This document shows positions 18,350 to 28,576 of a stretch of 64,000 nucleotides of DNA, piece after piece. This DNA comes from Candidatus Kerfeldbacteria bacterium (lineage in GTDB: Bacteria; Patescibacteriota; Patescibacteriia; UBA9570; XYC2-FULL-38-9), in contig JBDRKW010000006.1 in the NCBI GenBank assembly GCA_043813585.1, positions 79,444 through 143,443 of the forward strand, in the 5' to 3' direction. Position numbers and translations under genes: made by a program. The notes beneath the pieces were generated by a model, which worked only from the letters and a program-made list of their open reading frames with translations, did no database searches and was not told where the DNA came from. The first letter of the stretch is position 1, and each line of letters begins with the position of its first letter.

Positions 18350-18610
18350 TTAACGATTCTTAATATCCTCTAAAAGTTGTTCAACCTTCTTTTTATCCTC
18401 GTGCCTAGCGGCTTTTTTCCGCCGTTCTTGGAGATCCTTCAACTGTCCCAATAAACGCTCCCGAATGCCTATTTCAAAATCAAGCACCTGCTGAACCTCC
18501 TTAACGTGTTCATCAAGCTCCTGTTCAGACATTTCATCAATTGGTTTGTCAAATATGTTGTCTGATTGCATTGAAACAAGAAATAATTCTTTATAGAATG
18601 AATATGCCAA
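18350..18610 (-). CDS. Small acidic helical protein (hypothetical)
   Basis: 86-aa ORF ending 4 nt upstream of the charged-protein start. The true start may be the internal Met (MQSDNIF...). Confidence 0.3.
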   Translation of the reverse strand: MAYSFYKELFLVSMQSDNIFDKPIDEMSEQELDEHVKEVQQVLDFEIGIRERLLGQLKDLQERRKKAARHEDKKKVEQLLEDIKNR

Positions 18611-18707
18611 AAAAAAGGACTAAAGTCAACAGTAGTGGGAAATATCGGGACAAGATGTGGTTACTTCCTTTGGCAAAATCATTACTTTCAGGTACAATAC
18701 TCCCTCT

Positions 18708-20084
18708 ATGGCAGACAATATCGAACAACTACCGCCACAAAATACCGAGGCTGAGGAGGCGGTATTAGGCTCCCTACTCATTGATCCGGAGTCTATTATT
18801 CGTATTGCCGACACCTTGGCCGGTGATGATTTTTATGTTGATAAGCACCGGCTCGTCTATGAGGGTATGACACAGTTGTACAGCAAGCGAGAGCCGATCG
18901 ACGTGCTGTCGTTATCAAATATGCTGCAGGAACAAGGGACGCTTGCCAATCTCGGCGGACGCACATTTTTAGCCGCCCTCACCAACGCCGTTCCTACCGC
19001 CAGCAATATTGAACACTATGCCAAGATCGTCCGGCAAAAAGCAACCCTGCGACGGCTGATTAAATCCGGCCACGAAATCATTAAACTCGGCGGCGAAGAA
19101 GTAGACGACGTCGAAAAACTGCTCGACCAGGCGGAACAGGCATTATTCGGCGTTTCGCAAAAATATTTAAAACAGAATTTTGTCCCACTGCACAGCGTAT
19201 TGAGCGACGCATTCGACCGTCTGGATGAAATTCACCGCACGGAAGGCGCGATGCGCGGCGTCCCGACAGGTTTTGATGCGCTCGATAATATTTTGGGGGG
19301 CCTGCAAAAATCCGACCTGGTTATCCTGGCCGCCCGCCCATCAATGGGCAAAACCGGCCTGGCGCTCGACATTGCGCGTCATGTGGCAGTCCAGGGAAAA
19401 ACCCCTGTCGGCCTGGTCAGCCTTGAAATGAGCAAAGACCAGCTCGGCGACCGCCTGCTCTGCGCGGAAGCGAGCGTAGATTTATGGAAAATGCGCACCG
19501 GCAAGCTGCAAAACGACGAGGACTTTGCAAGCATCGGACGCGCAATGGGCGCGCTGGCCGAAGCTCCACTGTTCATCGACGACTCGGCCAACGCCAATAT
19601 CATGGAGATCCGCACAAAAGCCCGCCGGTTACAGATGGAGCACGGCATCGGCCTGCTTGTTATCGACTACCTCCAGCTGATGGAAGGCCGGAACACCAGG
19701 CACGACGATAACCGCGTTCAGGAAGTCGCGGAAATCTCCCGCGGCCTCAAATCCATTGCACGCGAACTCAACATACCGGTCCTCGCGCTCTCCCAGCTCT
19801 CCCGCGCGGTTGAATCGCTCTCTCCCCCGATCCCGAAACTATCCCACCTTCGCGAATCCGGTTCCATCGAACAGGATGCCGACGTTGTCATGTTCATCTA
19901 CCGGGAAGAGTATTATAAGCGCGATACCGAACGCAAAAACATCACTGATGTCATTATCGCCAAACACCGTAACGGCCCCACCGGCCAGATCGAACTCTTC
20001 TTCGACATTGAAAAAGCGTCATTTAAGAACCTGGAAACGCGGTTTGCAGGCGATTCCGAACCTACTCCGGAAGAGGTCTTCTAG
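18708..20084 (+). CDS. dnaB: Replicative DNA helicase DnaB
   Basis: Start refined to MADNIEQLPPQNTEAEEAVLGSLL. Walker A GARPSMGKT, RecA-fold motifs, and IDYLQLM all present. Confidence 0.9.
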   Translation: MADNIEQLPPQNTEAEEAVLGSLLIDPESIIRIADTLAGDDFYVDKHRLVYEGMTQLYSKREPIDVLSLSNMLQEQGTLANLGGRTFLAALTNAVPTASNIEHYAKIVRQKATLRRLIKSGHEIIKLGGEEVDDVEKLLDQAEQALFGVSQKYLKQNFVPLHSVLSDAFDRLDEIHRTEGAMRGVPTGFDALDNILGGLQKSDLVILAARPSMGKTGLALDIARHVAVQGKTPVGLVSLEMSKDQLGDRLLCAEASVDLWKMRTGKLQNDEDFASIGRAMGALAEAPLFIDDSANANIMEIRTKARRLQMEHGIGLLVIDYLQLMEGRNTRHDDNRVQEVAEISRGLKSIARELNIPVLALSQLSRAVESLSPPIPKLSHLRESGSIEQDADVVMFIYREEYYKRDTERKNITDVIIAKHRNGPTGQIELFFDIEKASFKNLETRFAGDSEPTPEEVF

Positions 20085-20148
20085 CCTTGCGCCGCACCCG
20101 GTTTTACGATACAATCAGCACGCATTATTAACAATCTAACGCTTCATT

Positions 20149-20454
20149 ATGTTCCAAAAACTCAAGCAATACAAAGACCTTCGCGACACGGCAAAAAAGG
20201 CGCAGAGCACCCTATCCGAAGAAACAGTGCACGCGGATGCAGCCGGCGGAAAAATCGGCATTGTCATGGACGGCAACCAGAAGATCCTTTCGATCGACAT
20301 CGACGATTCGCTGCTTAATCCTGAAAACAAGAAAACCATCGAAAGCGGCATAAAAAGCGCAATCGAGGAAGCAATGAAAAAGCTGCAGCGCATCATGCTC
20401 CAGAAGATGAAAGCCGGCGAACTCGAAATGCCAGACATGTCCAAGCTGTCATAG
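20149..20454 (+). CDS. ybaB: Nucleoid-associated protein YbaB/EbfC
   Basis: 101 aa with the YbaB pattern (AAGGKIGIVMDGNQKILSIDIDDSLL) and the conserved ybaB-recR pairing. Confidence 0.8.
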   Translation: MFQKLKQYKDLRDTAKKAQSTLSEETVHADAAGGKIGIVMDGNQKILSIDIDDSLLNPENKKTIESGIKSAIEEAMKKLQRIMLQKMKAGELEMPDMSKLS

Positions 20455-20457
20455 TGC

Positions 20458-21063
20458 ATGAAGGCCATCCCGCCATCAATCCAGCGGCTCGTCCGCGAAT
20501 TCAACAAGCTCCCCGGCATCGGCAGCAAGACGAGCGAACGTTTTGTATTCCATCTGCTGCGCCGGCCGAAAGAGGATATTGAATTGCTGGCCGCGAGCCT
20601 AAACACGATCAAAGAATCTATTCGGCTCTGCCGCGACTGTTTTACCTATACGGAAGACGAAATTTGTTCGGTTTGCAGCGACACGGGACGCGACCGCAGC
20701 ATTGTCTGCGTTGTGGCCGAACCAAAAGACGTGATCTCAGTGGAGAAAACCGGCGAGCATAACGGCATCTACTTTGTGCTCGGCGGCCTGATCGACGCAG
20801 CCGGAGGGGTCGCGCCGGAACATCTCCGCATCAGCGACCTGATCGAGTGTATCGACCAAAACGGTATCACTGAAATCATCATCGCCACCAACCCGACAAT
20901 GGAAGGTGAAACCACCGCCCTGTTCATCGCCGAACAGCTCAAAGACAAGCCGGTAACCGTATCAAAAATCGCGCGCGGCCTGCCGGTCGGCGCAGACATA
21001 GAATTTGCCGACGAAGTCACGCTCGGCGACGCGTTGGCCGGACGCAGAAATATCAAGGAATAA
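20458..21063 (+). CDS. recR: Recombination protein RecR
   Basis: 201 aa. HhH (LPGIGSKTSERFVFHLL), C4 zinc finger (CRDCFTYTEDEICSVCSD) and Toprim domain. Confidence 0.9.
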   Translation: MKAIPPSIQRLVREFNKLPGIGSKTSERFVFHLLRRPKEDIELLAASLNTIKESIRLCRDCFTYTEDEICSVCSDTGRDRSIVCVVAEPKDVISVEKTGEHNGIYFVLGGLIDAAGGVAPEHLRISDLIECIDQNGITEIIIATNPTMEGETTALFIAEQLKDKPVTVSKIARGLPVGADIEFADEVTLGDALAGRRNIKE

Positions 21064-21081
21064 CGCTGCAGCGAAGATACG

Positions 21082-21108
21082 AAAAAAGCGCCCGACGGCG
21101 CTTCTTTT
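21082..21108. terminator. Bidirectional Rho-independent terminator between convergent recR and rplU
   Basis: AAAAAAGCGCC-CGAC-GGCGCTTCTTTT. GC stem flanked by an A-run and a T-run. Confidence 0.5.
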
Positions 21109-21120
21109 GATTCTGTCGAA

Positions 21121-21444
21121 TTACTTCGCAGCGATCTTTTCGATCTGCACTTCAGTAAACGGCTGCCGGTGCCCGTACGTGCGGCTGTAGCGCGTCTTGG
21201 CCTTGAACTTCTTGACATCGACCTTTCTCGCCCTTCCCTGCTTGAGGACCTTGGCTGTCACCTTTGCGCCTTTCACTGTCGGCGTGCCTATGGTTGCGGT
21301 TTTGCCGTCTTCCTTGCCAACGAACAGAACATCATCAAACGCAATGCTCTTGCCTTCCTCGGCATCGTTCATTTTTTCTACGCGGATCGTGTCGCCTTCA
21401 CTCACTTTATACTGCTTTCCGCCTGTTTTTATTACTGCAATCAT
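21121..21444 (-). CDS. rplU: 50S ribosomal protein L21
   Basis: 107 aa. [24 protein letters not shown] is the canonical L21 N-terminus. No rpmA follows. Confidence 0.9.
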   Translation of the reverse strand: MIAVIKTGGKQYKVSEGDTIRVEKMNDAEEGKSIAFDDVLFVGKEDGKTATIGTPTVKGAKVTAKVLKQGRARKVDVKKFKAKTRYSRTYGHRQPFTEVQIEKIAAK

Positions 21445-21496
21445 GAATCTTTTTTAATAGTCGCGATCAATAGTATAGTGCTGCGGGCAAAACCTG

Positions 21497-22297
21497 TCAA
21501 GGTAAGTCGCCGTCCACAATAAGGGAGCAATACCCGGTCGTATATCCGGGGTTGGAATGCTGGATATCGGAGGAATTCCCCGTAAATACTGTATCCCAAT
21601 TGCAGGTATGTTCAGGGCAGACAATCTCGCTCATCAGGATAACCGACTGCTCCGAATCAATATGGTCCGCTTCATACGAATGGAGCACGTCATAATCAAA
21701 GTTCGTAATTGCGGCGATTGTTTCCAGGTCGTTTTGCATCGCAACAGTGCGCGATTCGTAATGCGACAGGTCCACTGATGCGACAACTGCCACTTCTCCG
21801 GATAATCGCTTTCGCAATTCAGCCGCAGTTGCGAGCAACGGGTCGTTACCTGCATCAGCGCGGATCGCAATCGGAACGACTGTGGCGTCAGGGAATATAC
21901 GCGCGATAAAGGGCAGATGAATGGTTAGGGAATGTTCATTCTGGAGGGTCCCGTCGTCGCGCGCGGTCACGCGGTCGCGGATCAGCCCGTTAATGAACTG
22001 CTCATCCGGACGCACCCCTTCAAAAGGAGCACACTGCACCGCGCTTAACTCCCCGGGGCCGGCATCCTCGTGGTCCGGGCCGATCAGCACGATCATGCTC
22101 GGGTCCGCGCGCCGGTCCAGCTCCAGCCAAAATTCTTCGATCTTTTCCGGGATAAGATCATGGTGCGGAACGATGCCGCCGATTATCCGCAGATTGGAAG
22201 CATCCGAATCTTCAGTCGTCCGGCCGCTATAAAACAGAAGCCCCGCTCCACCAAGGAGCAGGGCAAGCGCTATATACGCAACCTGTTTCGCAGCCAT
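21497..22297 (-). CDS. Memo-like protein (AmmeMemoRadiSam system protein B family) with N-terminal membrane anchor
   Basis: 266 aa. N-terminal TM helix, then Memo1-family His cluster (GGIVPHHD ... SVDLSHYES). Confidence 0.65.
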   Translation of the reverse strand: MAAKQVAYIALALLLGGAGLLFYSGRTTEDSDASNLRIIGGIVPHHDLIPEKIEEFWLELDRRADPSMIVLIGPDHEDAGPGELSAVQCAPFEGVRPDEQFINGLIRDRVTARDDGTLQNEHSLTIHLPFIARIFPDATVVPIAIRADAGNDPLLATAAELRKRLSGEVAVVASVDLSHYESRTVAMQNDLETIAAITNFDYDVLHSYEADHIDSEQSVILMSEIVCPEHTCNWDTVFTGNSSDIQHSNPGYTTGYCSLIVDGDLP

Positions 22298-22299
22298 TA

Positions 22300-25200
22300 C
22301 TATTCAATCGTTATGGTTTCTTCATTTCCAATCGTCCGCACGCTAAGCGCGTTCATCGACTGCAGCACTGGCGCTTCCGCAGTGAAGACGCCTTTGTTCA
22401 CGACGCGCACATAATAGCTGAAGGTCGTATTGCCATCCCACGCGCGGAACGACACCCGCTGCCCGTCCACCAGGTACGGGTACCGGTAAATGTCATCGTC
22501 AAACTGGTACCAGCCATATTTATCCCATGGGTTTGTAACGACGCGCATTCCTGAAGGGACGAAGTCCGTCACCTGGTACTCGCCGTCCGGCAGGCTTTCC
22601 GGTATCAATACACTCACAATCACGCGAACCAAATCGCCGTCAGTGAGCGTGTTGCTTTCAAAGGCACGGCTGACTGTCATCTCGTCGTTCAGGTTCAGCT
22701 CCTCTTCCGTTGCCGCGCGGGTATAGGTGGTGATTGCCGTCGCCGAACCGTCAATAGAATTAATCGCAAAGCTGCCGGTCGTTTCCGGAGTGAGGATCAC
22801 CCGCTCCGTCATCCCGTAGGAGAGTTCCGCAATATACGGGTCGCCCGCCACCTCGTACGAAACCGTCACCGGCGTCTGCGGCAGCACAGACATGCGCGCG
22901 TCCATAAAATTCAGCTCCGGAATGACGAGCTCTACCTCACTGGTCCAGTTGTCTTCAACATAGTTGAATAGCCGGTCTGCGCGCTCATCCTGTATTATTG
23001 CCGCGATGATCGCAGCAACCAGCGTATTCTCAAGAACCAGGTCCTGGTTATCGCCGATGTTCAGGTAGAAATAATTATCAATTTCCTCGCCATAAGCAGT
23101 CATCAGCGCATCAAACACCACTTCAGCGTCGCTGAAACTCCCAATCTCTGCAAGCGCGAGTGAAAGGTACAACCGGTCGACATCCGTAATCTGATCCGAT
23201 GCCAGCATCTGATCGATCTCGAACAACACCGGTTCGCCGACAGCAGCCAGGCCGTATAACGCAAACGAATGCCGCAGCGTGGTTTCAGTTTCATCACCAA
23301 GGATGCTGTCAAAGTATTGCGTCAACCGGATTGCATCAAACTGGTCGCCGAGCCTGCTCGCCGCTATGTGCGCGCTGAGCAGCAGATCGTCATCGCTGTA
23401 CGGAAACAGTGAAACCCCGCCGACATCCTGCGTCTGATAGAGTTCATTGCTGAATGATTCATTGCCCACTGACCGGCCAAAATACTCGCTCATCATCTCA
23501 GCAGCTATGACGCGCCCTGCGCGCCGGTCCAACCGGTCGCCAAAACGGTACAAATGCCCCTGCAGCCGCGGATAAAACTGGCCAATGTGGTTATCGGTAA
23601 ACAGGACCTCAAAACTGCGGTCAGTATCAACAGTCGGCGTCCATCCCGCGCTAGCCTGCTCCACCGTAGAAAACGGCACGGCAACATATGAAGGCAGAAC
23701 AGTGAACGTGCGAATAATCGTATCGGTATAGCCGGCGCCTTCCGCTTTAATCTTTAATGCATGGTCGCCTGCAGTCAGATTATTGAGCGGCACTTCAACG
23801 ACGCCTGATCCGTTTGTTTCCACATCCTTCTCAGACATCCCAAGCGTATCCGACGAGACGGTAACGGTGACAGGGTCACCGCCGCCAAGCTGCGTGCCGA
23901 ATGCGCGGATCTTCACTATCGGCTGGTCAGACTGCAAAAAGGTGTCGCTCATCACGGCAGTGACAAAGAACGGCTGCGTCACCGTCAGCTTGTCCGTCTC
24001 GCTGGCCGCGTATAGTCCTTCATCAACCGCATGGGTGGTAATGCGCCACGACGTGATATTGTCCGGCAGTTTGAACTCCACAACCGCGCTGCCGTTCTCG
24101 TCAGTCACAACCGATTCAAACAGCGCCTTATCCGGAAAATTTGAACGATCATCCCCCCCGCCGCCGCCTTCAGCACCAAATTCGGAAATGGGATACCGAT
24201 GCGACGAGTATGACGCATAAATGCCGGCTACCGAATCCCTGTACAGTTGGATGATGAAATTAGCCGAATAATTCGCTACAAAATCTTCGCCAGTTCCATT
24301 ACTATCATACGAATAAATCGCTTCATCAATCAGGTTAACGTTAACTGCTGTTTCTGATGCCGACCCGTCAGGACGATTGACCTGGACGAACAGGGTCACA
24401 TCGTCGCCCGGTTCATAGGTGTCCTTGTCCTGCGTCACATCTATGGTCAGTTTCCGGTCGTCTTCATTAAACGAAGCAGACGTACCGGAAGCAAACCACC
24501 CGATATTGGATTCGCTGGTCCAGTACGACCGGCCGTCGTACCATACGCCCTGCAATATGACATTTGGGATGTCCTCTTCTTCATACGTAAATGAGTAATG
24601 GGACGTATCAGTCGCTTTCGCTTCCTGGATGCCGTCGCGGGCCTGAAGGAACAGAAACCCGGTGCCGTCCGCAGCCGGAATCGCGGCATTGTCGCGGAGC
24701 ATGGTCACGGCAACCGGATCGCCCAATGAAAAATCCATCTGCTGCGTGCTGTACATGCCCTGGGAATCGGAATTGTCGAACGACAGGTGGAAAAAATTGT
24801 TATTCCATCCGTAGTCATACGCATACGACGACACATACGCTTGCGTGTCGGTCGTCCTCCCCTGGTTGTCCGTCGCGCGCGCCGTTACAGTGTAATACGA
24901 CGTGCCGTCCATCTCAAATGAATAGGCAAAGGCACCCTGGTCATCGGTCACGACATGGTCCGAGGCAATCGTCTCTGTTTTATGGTTATACTGGTACTCC
25001 GGCACAACCTTCTTTTCAAAATAATCATAGTGGGTGCCGGTCTGCTTCTTTTCATACCAATGCCGCTCTACCTGGACCGTCACCGCGTAGCCGGGCACAA
25101 CAGGACCGTAGGGATTCTCCCAGAACGAAACTTCGCCGTTGTTGAACGCAAACAGATCCAGTTCATAAAGCGTACCACTGACGCTTGCTGTTGTTGCTTC

Positions 25201-27468
25201 CGCCTCCGCATTCAATTGTATCAGTTGACCGGAATCAAACACCTGTACCCGCGCATCCGCATGGATCTCCGATTCTTCGGCAAAGGTCGGGTAAACGGAA
25301 ATCCAATCCATATACTCTTCCGAGTAGGTCTTCGTAAAGGAAGTATGACCATTCTCATCTGTGGTAAGCGTGCCGCCGCTTGTCGGATCGGTCAGCTCAA
25401 GGCCTGCCACCGGGGTTCCGTCAAAGAACGCGGCAGTCACGTCATGCGTCAGCGCGTCGCCTTTGATCACTCCGATATTCTGCGGATTGATGTCTATTCC
25501 ATACGTTGGTTTGACATAGCTCAGCACATCCACCGACTTTCTGAACAGCACGACATCGTCGATTGCAACCTGAAGCTGGTAATACCCCGGAGTTACGCCG
25601 CCAAGGTCAAACGACCCCTGAAATGTTCCATGCAGACCCAACTCCACATTCTGGCTAAAAACAGGGTCATCTTGCCATCCCTGCGTTAATTGGACGGTTG
25701 CCTGACTGACCGTATCTCCGCCCCGCGGAGAGACTAAGCCCCAATAATTCAATATATCATCCGGTTTATAGAACGGCTGGTCAGGATAGATATAGGACCA
25801 ATACGGGAGCGAGCGGACGCCTTCATTGTAGAATCCCTGCGCATTGCCTTCGAGCGGGACATATAGCGTGCTCCCGTTTGAAGTAATTTCCAAGAAATGA
25901 GCGCCAAGCTGCGCCAAATCCAAGAGCGATTCAGGCGTGTCTGTCTGCAGGACGCCGTCTTCTCCCGTGGTGCCGAGCACCGTACCGTCCGAAAGCGCGA
26001 CTTGTGCGCCGGAAAGCGGCTGGTCTGTTGAGGCATCATGCGCCCATACCACAGTTGTCGATTCTGATACCGTTGAATAAGCGTTGATATCCGTCACATT
26101 CAACAGCGCCTGCAGCGTGGTATCATTCTGGCCTGCGACTTCAAACAGGTAGAACCCGGCCGGCAGCGTTTCAGGCGCTTCAATGGAATACTGCCAGTAA
26201 TTCTCAATGTCCTTCAGCGGCACCTCGGCTGTGGAGCGCAGTGAAAGGGTATTGGTGTCCACATGCCACTTGCTGCGGTCGTAGACAGTCCATGACGGAC
26301 GGTCGAAATACGATTCCAAAGCAGCGCGGTAATCGTCCTCGGTATTAAACTCATAAACAGTGATTGCTGCGTTTTCAACTTTGTCCATGTTGTAGCCGGA
26401 AACCAACAGCGTCGCCTTGTGCTCGGTTGACGTCTCGATAGTCGCCTGGTGCAGGTCGCTGATGCCCGGCGTGTCTGATGGACGGCCTTCGCCCTCTTTT
26501 GACGCGGTCTCAAACTGGAACAGGACATTCTCTCCAAGCGTTTCGCCGGTTGCCGGCAGGCTCACATCAGCGCCGATCGTTACCGTATAGAGCGTCTCTT
26601 TTTCCAGCGGCTGGTCTGGGATAAATGCAACGGTCTTCCGGTGCGTCTCAAAGCGGCCGCTCACATTCGGTTCGATCGTAAAATTTTCTTGTGCATTACC
26701 GAATCCGACATGGCTGAATGTCACCTCAATGCCGGTATCAATCGGAACGGTCACCGCCTCATCCCGCGGCAGCGTCGACACAACCTGGAATTCTTCCTGC
26801 ACCTGGTAGGCCCATGAAAAATTCCGGCGCGTCACCGTACCATCCTCGCCTTCCACCGCAACAGCGAGCTCCGCATTGACCACTGTGCCCGGTTCAAGCG
26901 GTTCTTTTGGTTTGATCGTATACACATCATCACCAGTCGCTTCTACGGCATAAGCAACGTTTGGTGAGAAGCTCAAAGATTCTTTGATTTTATCTGCCGA
27001 TGTTTCAATAGTCGCTGTCAGTTGAAACCCGCTGTCCGGTGCAACGCCTGAATCATCTTCTGTCAACGCAGTCAACTCAAACGCTCCATCCAGGTCTTGC
27101 ATGGCAAGAGGCTCATCAATAATAAGAGGCCCCGTATCGCCAAGCCCGCCGTCGCGAATCTGGAATTGCTGATACGCAAAAATACCCACTGAAATAACAA
27201 CAATTGCCAGTACGCCGATCCCGACCGGTGCAAGTGCCGGAAGCCGGAACCATGAAACCTTGCCTGACCGCGGCTCCTTTGCGGTCGCTGTTTTTTTCGT
27301 CGCCATAGATGCTTCGTTAAAGGCCGTCTCGCGCAGCTCCGAAAATAAACGATCCTTGAACTGCTGTGACGGTTTATTAGACGGATAGGAAGAAGCTGAA
27401 AGCAGCTTCTCTACCCCTCTATACGAAGCCTCCTTGTCCGGATTACGTTTTTTGCTTGAATTAGCCAT
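22300..27468 (-). CDS. Giant single-pass membrane protein with alpha-2-macroglobulin-family extracytoplasmic region (no thioester); putative anti-sigma partner of the upstream ECF sigma
   Basis: 1722 aa. A ~75-aa cytoplasmic N-terminus, a TM helix at ~aa 76-100 (LPALAPVGIGVLAIVVISVGIFAY), then a huge external region. Residues ~1107-1180 match the A2M MG7 signature (RSNFPDKALF...LPDNITSWRITTHAV...TQPFFVTAV; compare human A2M FPETWIW...VPDTITEW...FQPFFVEL). No CGEQ thioester motif. The start sits 1 nt after the ECF sigma stop. Confidence 0.6.
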   Translation of the reverse strand: MANSSKKRNPDKEASYRGVEKLLSASSYPSNKPSQQFKDRLFSELRETAFNEASMATKKTATAKEPRSGKVSWFRLPALAPVGIGVLAIVVISVGIFAYQQFQIRDGGLGDTGPLIIDEPLAMQDLDGAFELTALTEDDSGVAPDSGFQLTATIETSADKIKESLSFSPNVAYAVEATGDDVYTIKPKEPLEPGTVVNAELAVAVEGEDGTVTRRNFSWAYQVQEEFQVVSTLPRDEAVTVPIDTGIEVTFSHVGFGNAQENFTIEPNVSGRFETHRKTVAFIPDQPLEKETLYTVTIGADVSLPATGETLGENVLFQFETASKEGEGRPSDTPGISDLHQATIETSTEHKATLLVSGYNMDKVENAAITVYEFNTEDDYRAALESYFDRPSWTVYDRSKWHVDTNTLSLRSTAEVPLKDIENYWQYSIEAPETLPAGFYLFEVAGQNDTTLQALLNVTDINAYSTVSESTTVVWAHDASTDQPLSGAQVALSDGTVLGTTGEDGVLQTDTPESLLDLAQLGAHFLEITSNGSTLYVPLEGNAQGFYNEGVRSLPYWSYIYPDQPFYKPDDILNYWGLVSPRGGDTVSQATVQLTQGWQDDPVFSQNVELGLHGTFQGSFDLGGVTPGYYQLQVAIDDVVLFRKSVDVLSYVKPTYGIDINPQNIGVIKGDALTHDVTAAFFDGTPVAGLELTDPTSGGTLTTDENGHTSFTKTYSEEYMDWISVYPTFAEESEIHADARVQVFDSGQLIQLNAEAEATTASVSGTLYELDLFAFNNGEVSFWENPYGPVVPGYAVTVQVERHWYEKKQTGTHYDYFEKKVVPEYQYNHKTETIASDHVVTDDQGAFAYSFEMDGTSYYTVTARATDNQGRTTDTQAYVSSYAYDYGWNNNFFHLSFDNSDSQGMYSTQQMDFSLGDPVAVTMLRDNAAIPAADGTGFLFLQARDGIQEAKATDTSHYSFTYEEEDIPNVILQGVWYDGRSYWTSESNIGWFASGTSASFNEDDRKLTIDVTQDKDTYEPGDDVTLFVQVNRPDGSASETAVNVNLIDEAIYSYDSNGTGEDFVANYSANFIIQLYRDSVAGIYASYSSHRYPISEFGAEGGGGGDDRSNFPDKALFESVVTDENGSAVVEFKLPDNITSWRITTHAVDEGLYAASETDKLTVTQPFFVTAVMSDTFLQSDQPIVKIRAFGTQLGGGDPVTVTVSSDTLGMSEKDVETNGSGVVEVPLNNLTAGDHALKIKAEGAGYTDTIIRTFTVLPSYVAVPFSTVEQASAGWTPTVDTDRSFEVLFTDNHIGQFYPRLQGHLYRFGDRLDRRAGRVIAAEMMSEYFGRSVGNESFSNELYQTQDVGGVSLFPYSDDDLLLSAHIAASRLGDQFDAIRLTQYFDSILGDETETTLRHSFALYGLAAVGEPVLFEIDQMLASDQITDVDRLYLSLALAEIGSFSDAEVVFDALMTAYGEEIDNYFYLNIGDNQDLVLENTLVAAIIAAIIQDERADRLFNYVEDNWTSEVELVIPELNFMDARMSVLPQTPVTVSYEVAGDPYIAELSYGMTERVILTPETTGSFAINSIDGSATAITTYTRAATEEELNLNDEMTVSRAFESNTLTDGDLVRVIVSVLIPESLPDGEYQVTDFVPSGMRVVTNPWDKYGWYQFDDDIYRYPYLVDGQRVSFRAWDGNTTFSYYVRVVNKGVFTAEAPVLQSMNALSVRTIGNEETITIE

Positions 27469-27469
27469 A

Positions 27470-28039
27470 TTATGATTGTTTTTTTTCTATGGAGACCTTC
27501 ATTTTTTTAAGCGCCCGATGCGAGATTACGCCGATATTATTCGGCGTCATCCCCATGACCTCTGCAATTTCTTCATGGGAAAAGCCTTCAATATATTTCA
27601 GCTGAACGACCTTTTGTTGTTTTTCCGGCAGTTCATTAATGCACGCTTGCATAAACTCGCGCTCATCGCTGTTGAGAACGATTTCCTCCGGCGTTCGCGT
27701 TTGGCTGGCAAGGTCCTGGATGGAATCTATGTCTACGACAGCCGGCTTGTTCGGATTACGCGTTACGCGATAATGGTCGATAATTGTATTATTCGCGATC
27801 CGATAGAGCCATGTACGAAACGAGGCCTTTGATGAATCAAACGCCTCAAGGTTCGTGAATACCTTCCTGAATATTTCAGATACTAAATCTTCACTTGTTT
27901 CCGGATGGCCAATCCGCTTCATTACAAAACCGTAGATCTGGTCTATGTACGCGTTATACAGTTGTGCAAACGCCATTTCATCGCTGCACGCCCGTTCAGC
28001 CAACGCATTATGATCCTCCTTGTCAGCTATTGATATCAT
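27470..28039 (-). CDS. ECF-type RNA polymerase sigma-70 factor
   Basis: 189 aa. Region 2 (FRTWLYRIANNTIIDHYR) and region 4 HTH (IAEVMGMTPNNIGVISHRALKKMK). Confidence 0.8.
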   Translation of the reverse strand: MISIADKEDHNALAERACSDEMAFAQLYNAYIDQIYGFVMKRIGHPETSEDLVSEIFRKVFTNLEAFDSSKASFRTWLYRIANNTIIDHYRVTRNPNKPAVVDIDSIQDLASQTRTPEEIVLNSDEREFMQACINELPEKQQKVVQLKYIEGFSHEEIAEVMGMTPNNIGVISHRALKKMKVSIEKKQS

Positions 28040-28093
28040 ACGAAAAATACCCCTCTATTTTACACGTAAACGGCAATTTCCTCAATGTTAGCG

Positions 28094-28576
28094 TTATTTT
28101 GCTGCTGCCGGCGTGAAGACAATGCGATCGCCCGCTTTTATGTCATACACCGCAGCCTCGCCAGCATTGATTTCCAGTACTTTGTCAACCGGAACTTTGG
28201 GCTGGTACCGCGTCAGTTCGGACATGGACTTCCCCGGTTCGGGCAGGACATCCGCAGTGACTTCCATAACAGCATCACCGCTAATCCATATGAAATCCAA
28301 CGGGATATGCGTATCATACATCCAAAACTGATGGTAGGCGGAATTTCCAAACACGAAGAGCATGCCGTGCCTCATGGCAAGCGATGTACGCCCTGACAAG
28401 CCTTTGTTGCGCGCAGCAGCTGTATCGGCGACTTCAATGTCGAACGAGGTCCCGTTAATGATCAGTTCGTTAAACTGGATTTTTGATTCGGACATCGTGA
28501 AATACCAGATCGGTACGGCTATAACTGCGCCGATAACGATGATTGCCAGTACTCCGGTTAGAACACGTAACTTCAT
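28094..28576 (-). CDS. DUF192-family protein with N-terminal membrane anchor
   Basis: 160 aa. TM helix followed by a DUF192-like core (GMLFVF...FWMYDTHIPLDFIWI). Confidence 0.5.
   Translation of the reverse strand: MKLRVLTGVLAIIVIGAVIAVPIWYFTMSESKIQFNELIINGTSFDIEVADTAAARNKGLSGRTSLAMRHGMLFVFGNSAYHQFWMYDTHIPLDFIWISGDAVMEVTADVLPEPGKSMSELTRYQPKVPVDKVLEINAGEAAVYDIKAGDRIVFTPAAAK

Noticed and set aside
22300-27468. Thioester (CGEQ) site in the A2M-like protein
   Set aside because: No CxEQ motif was found in the region after MG7. It is treated as a thioester-less A2M variant rather than a canonical A2M.
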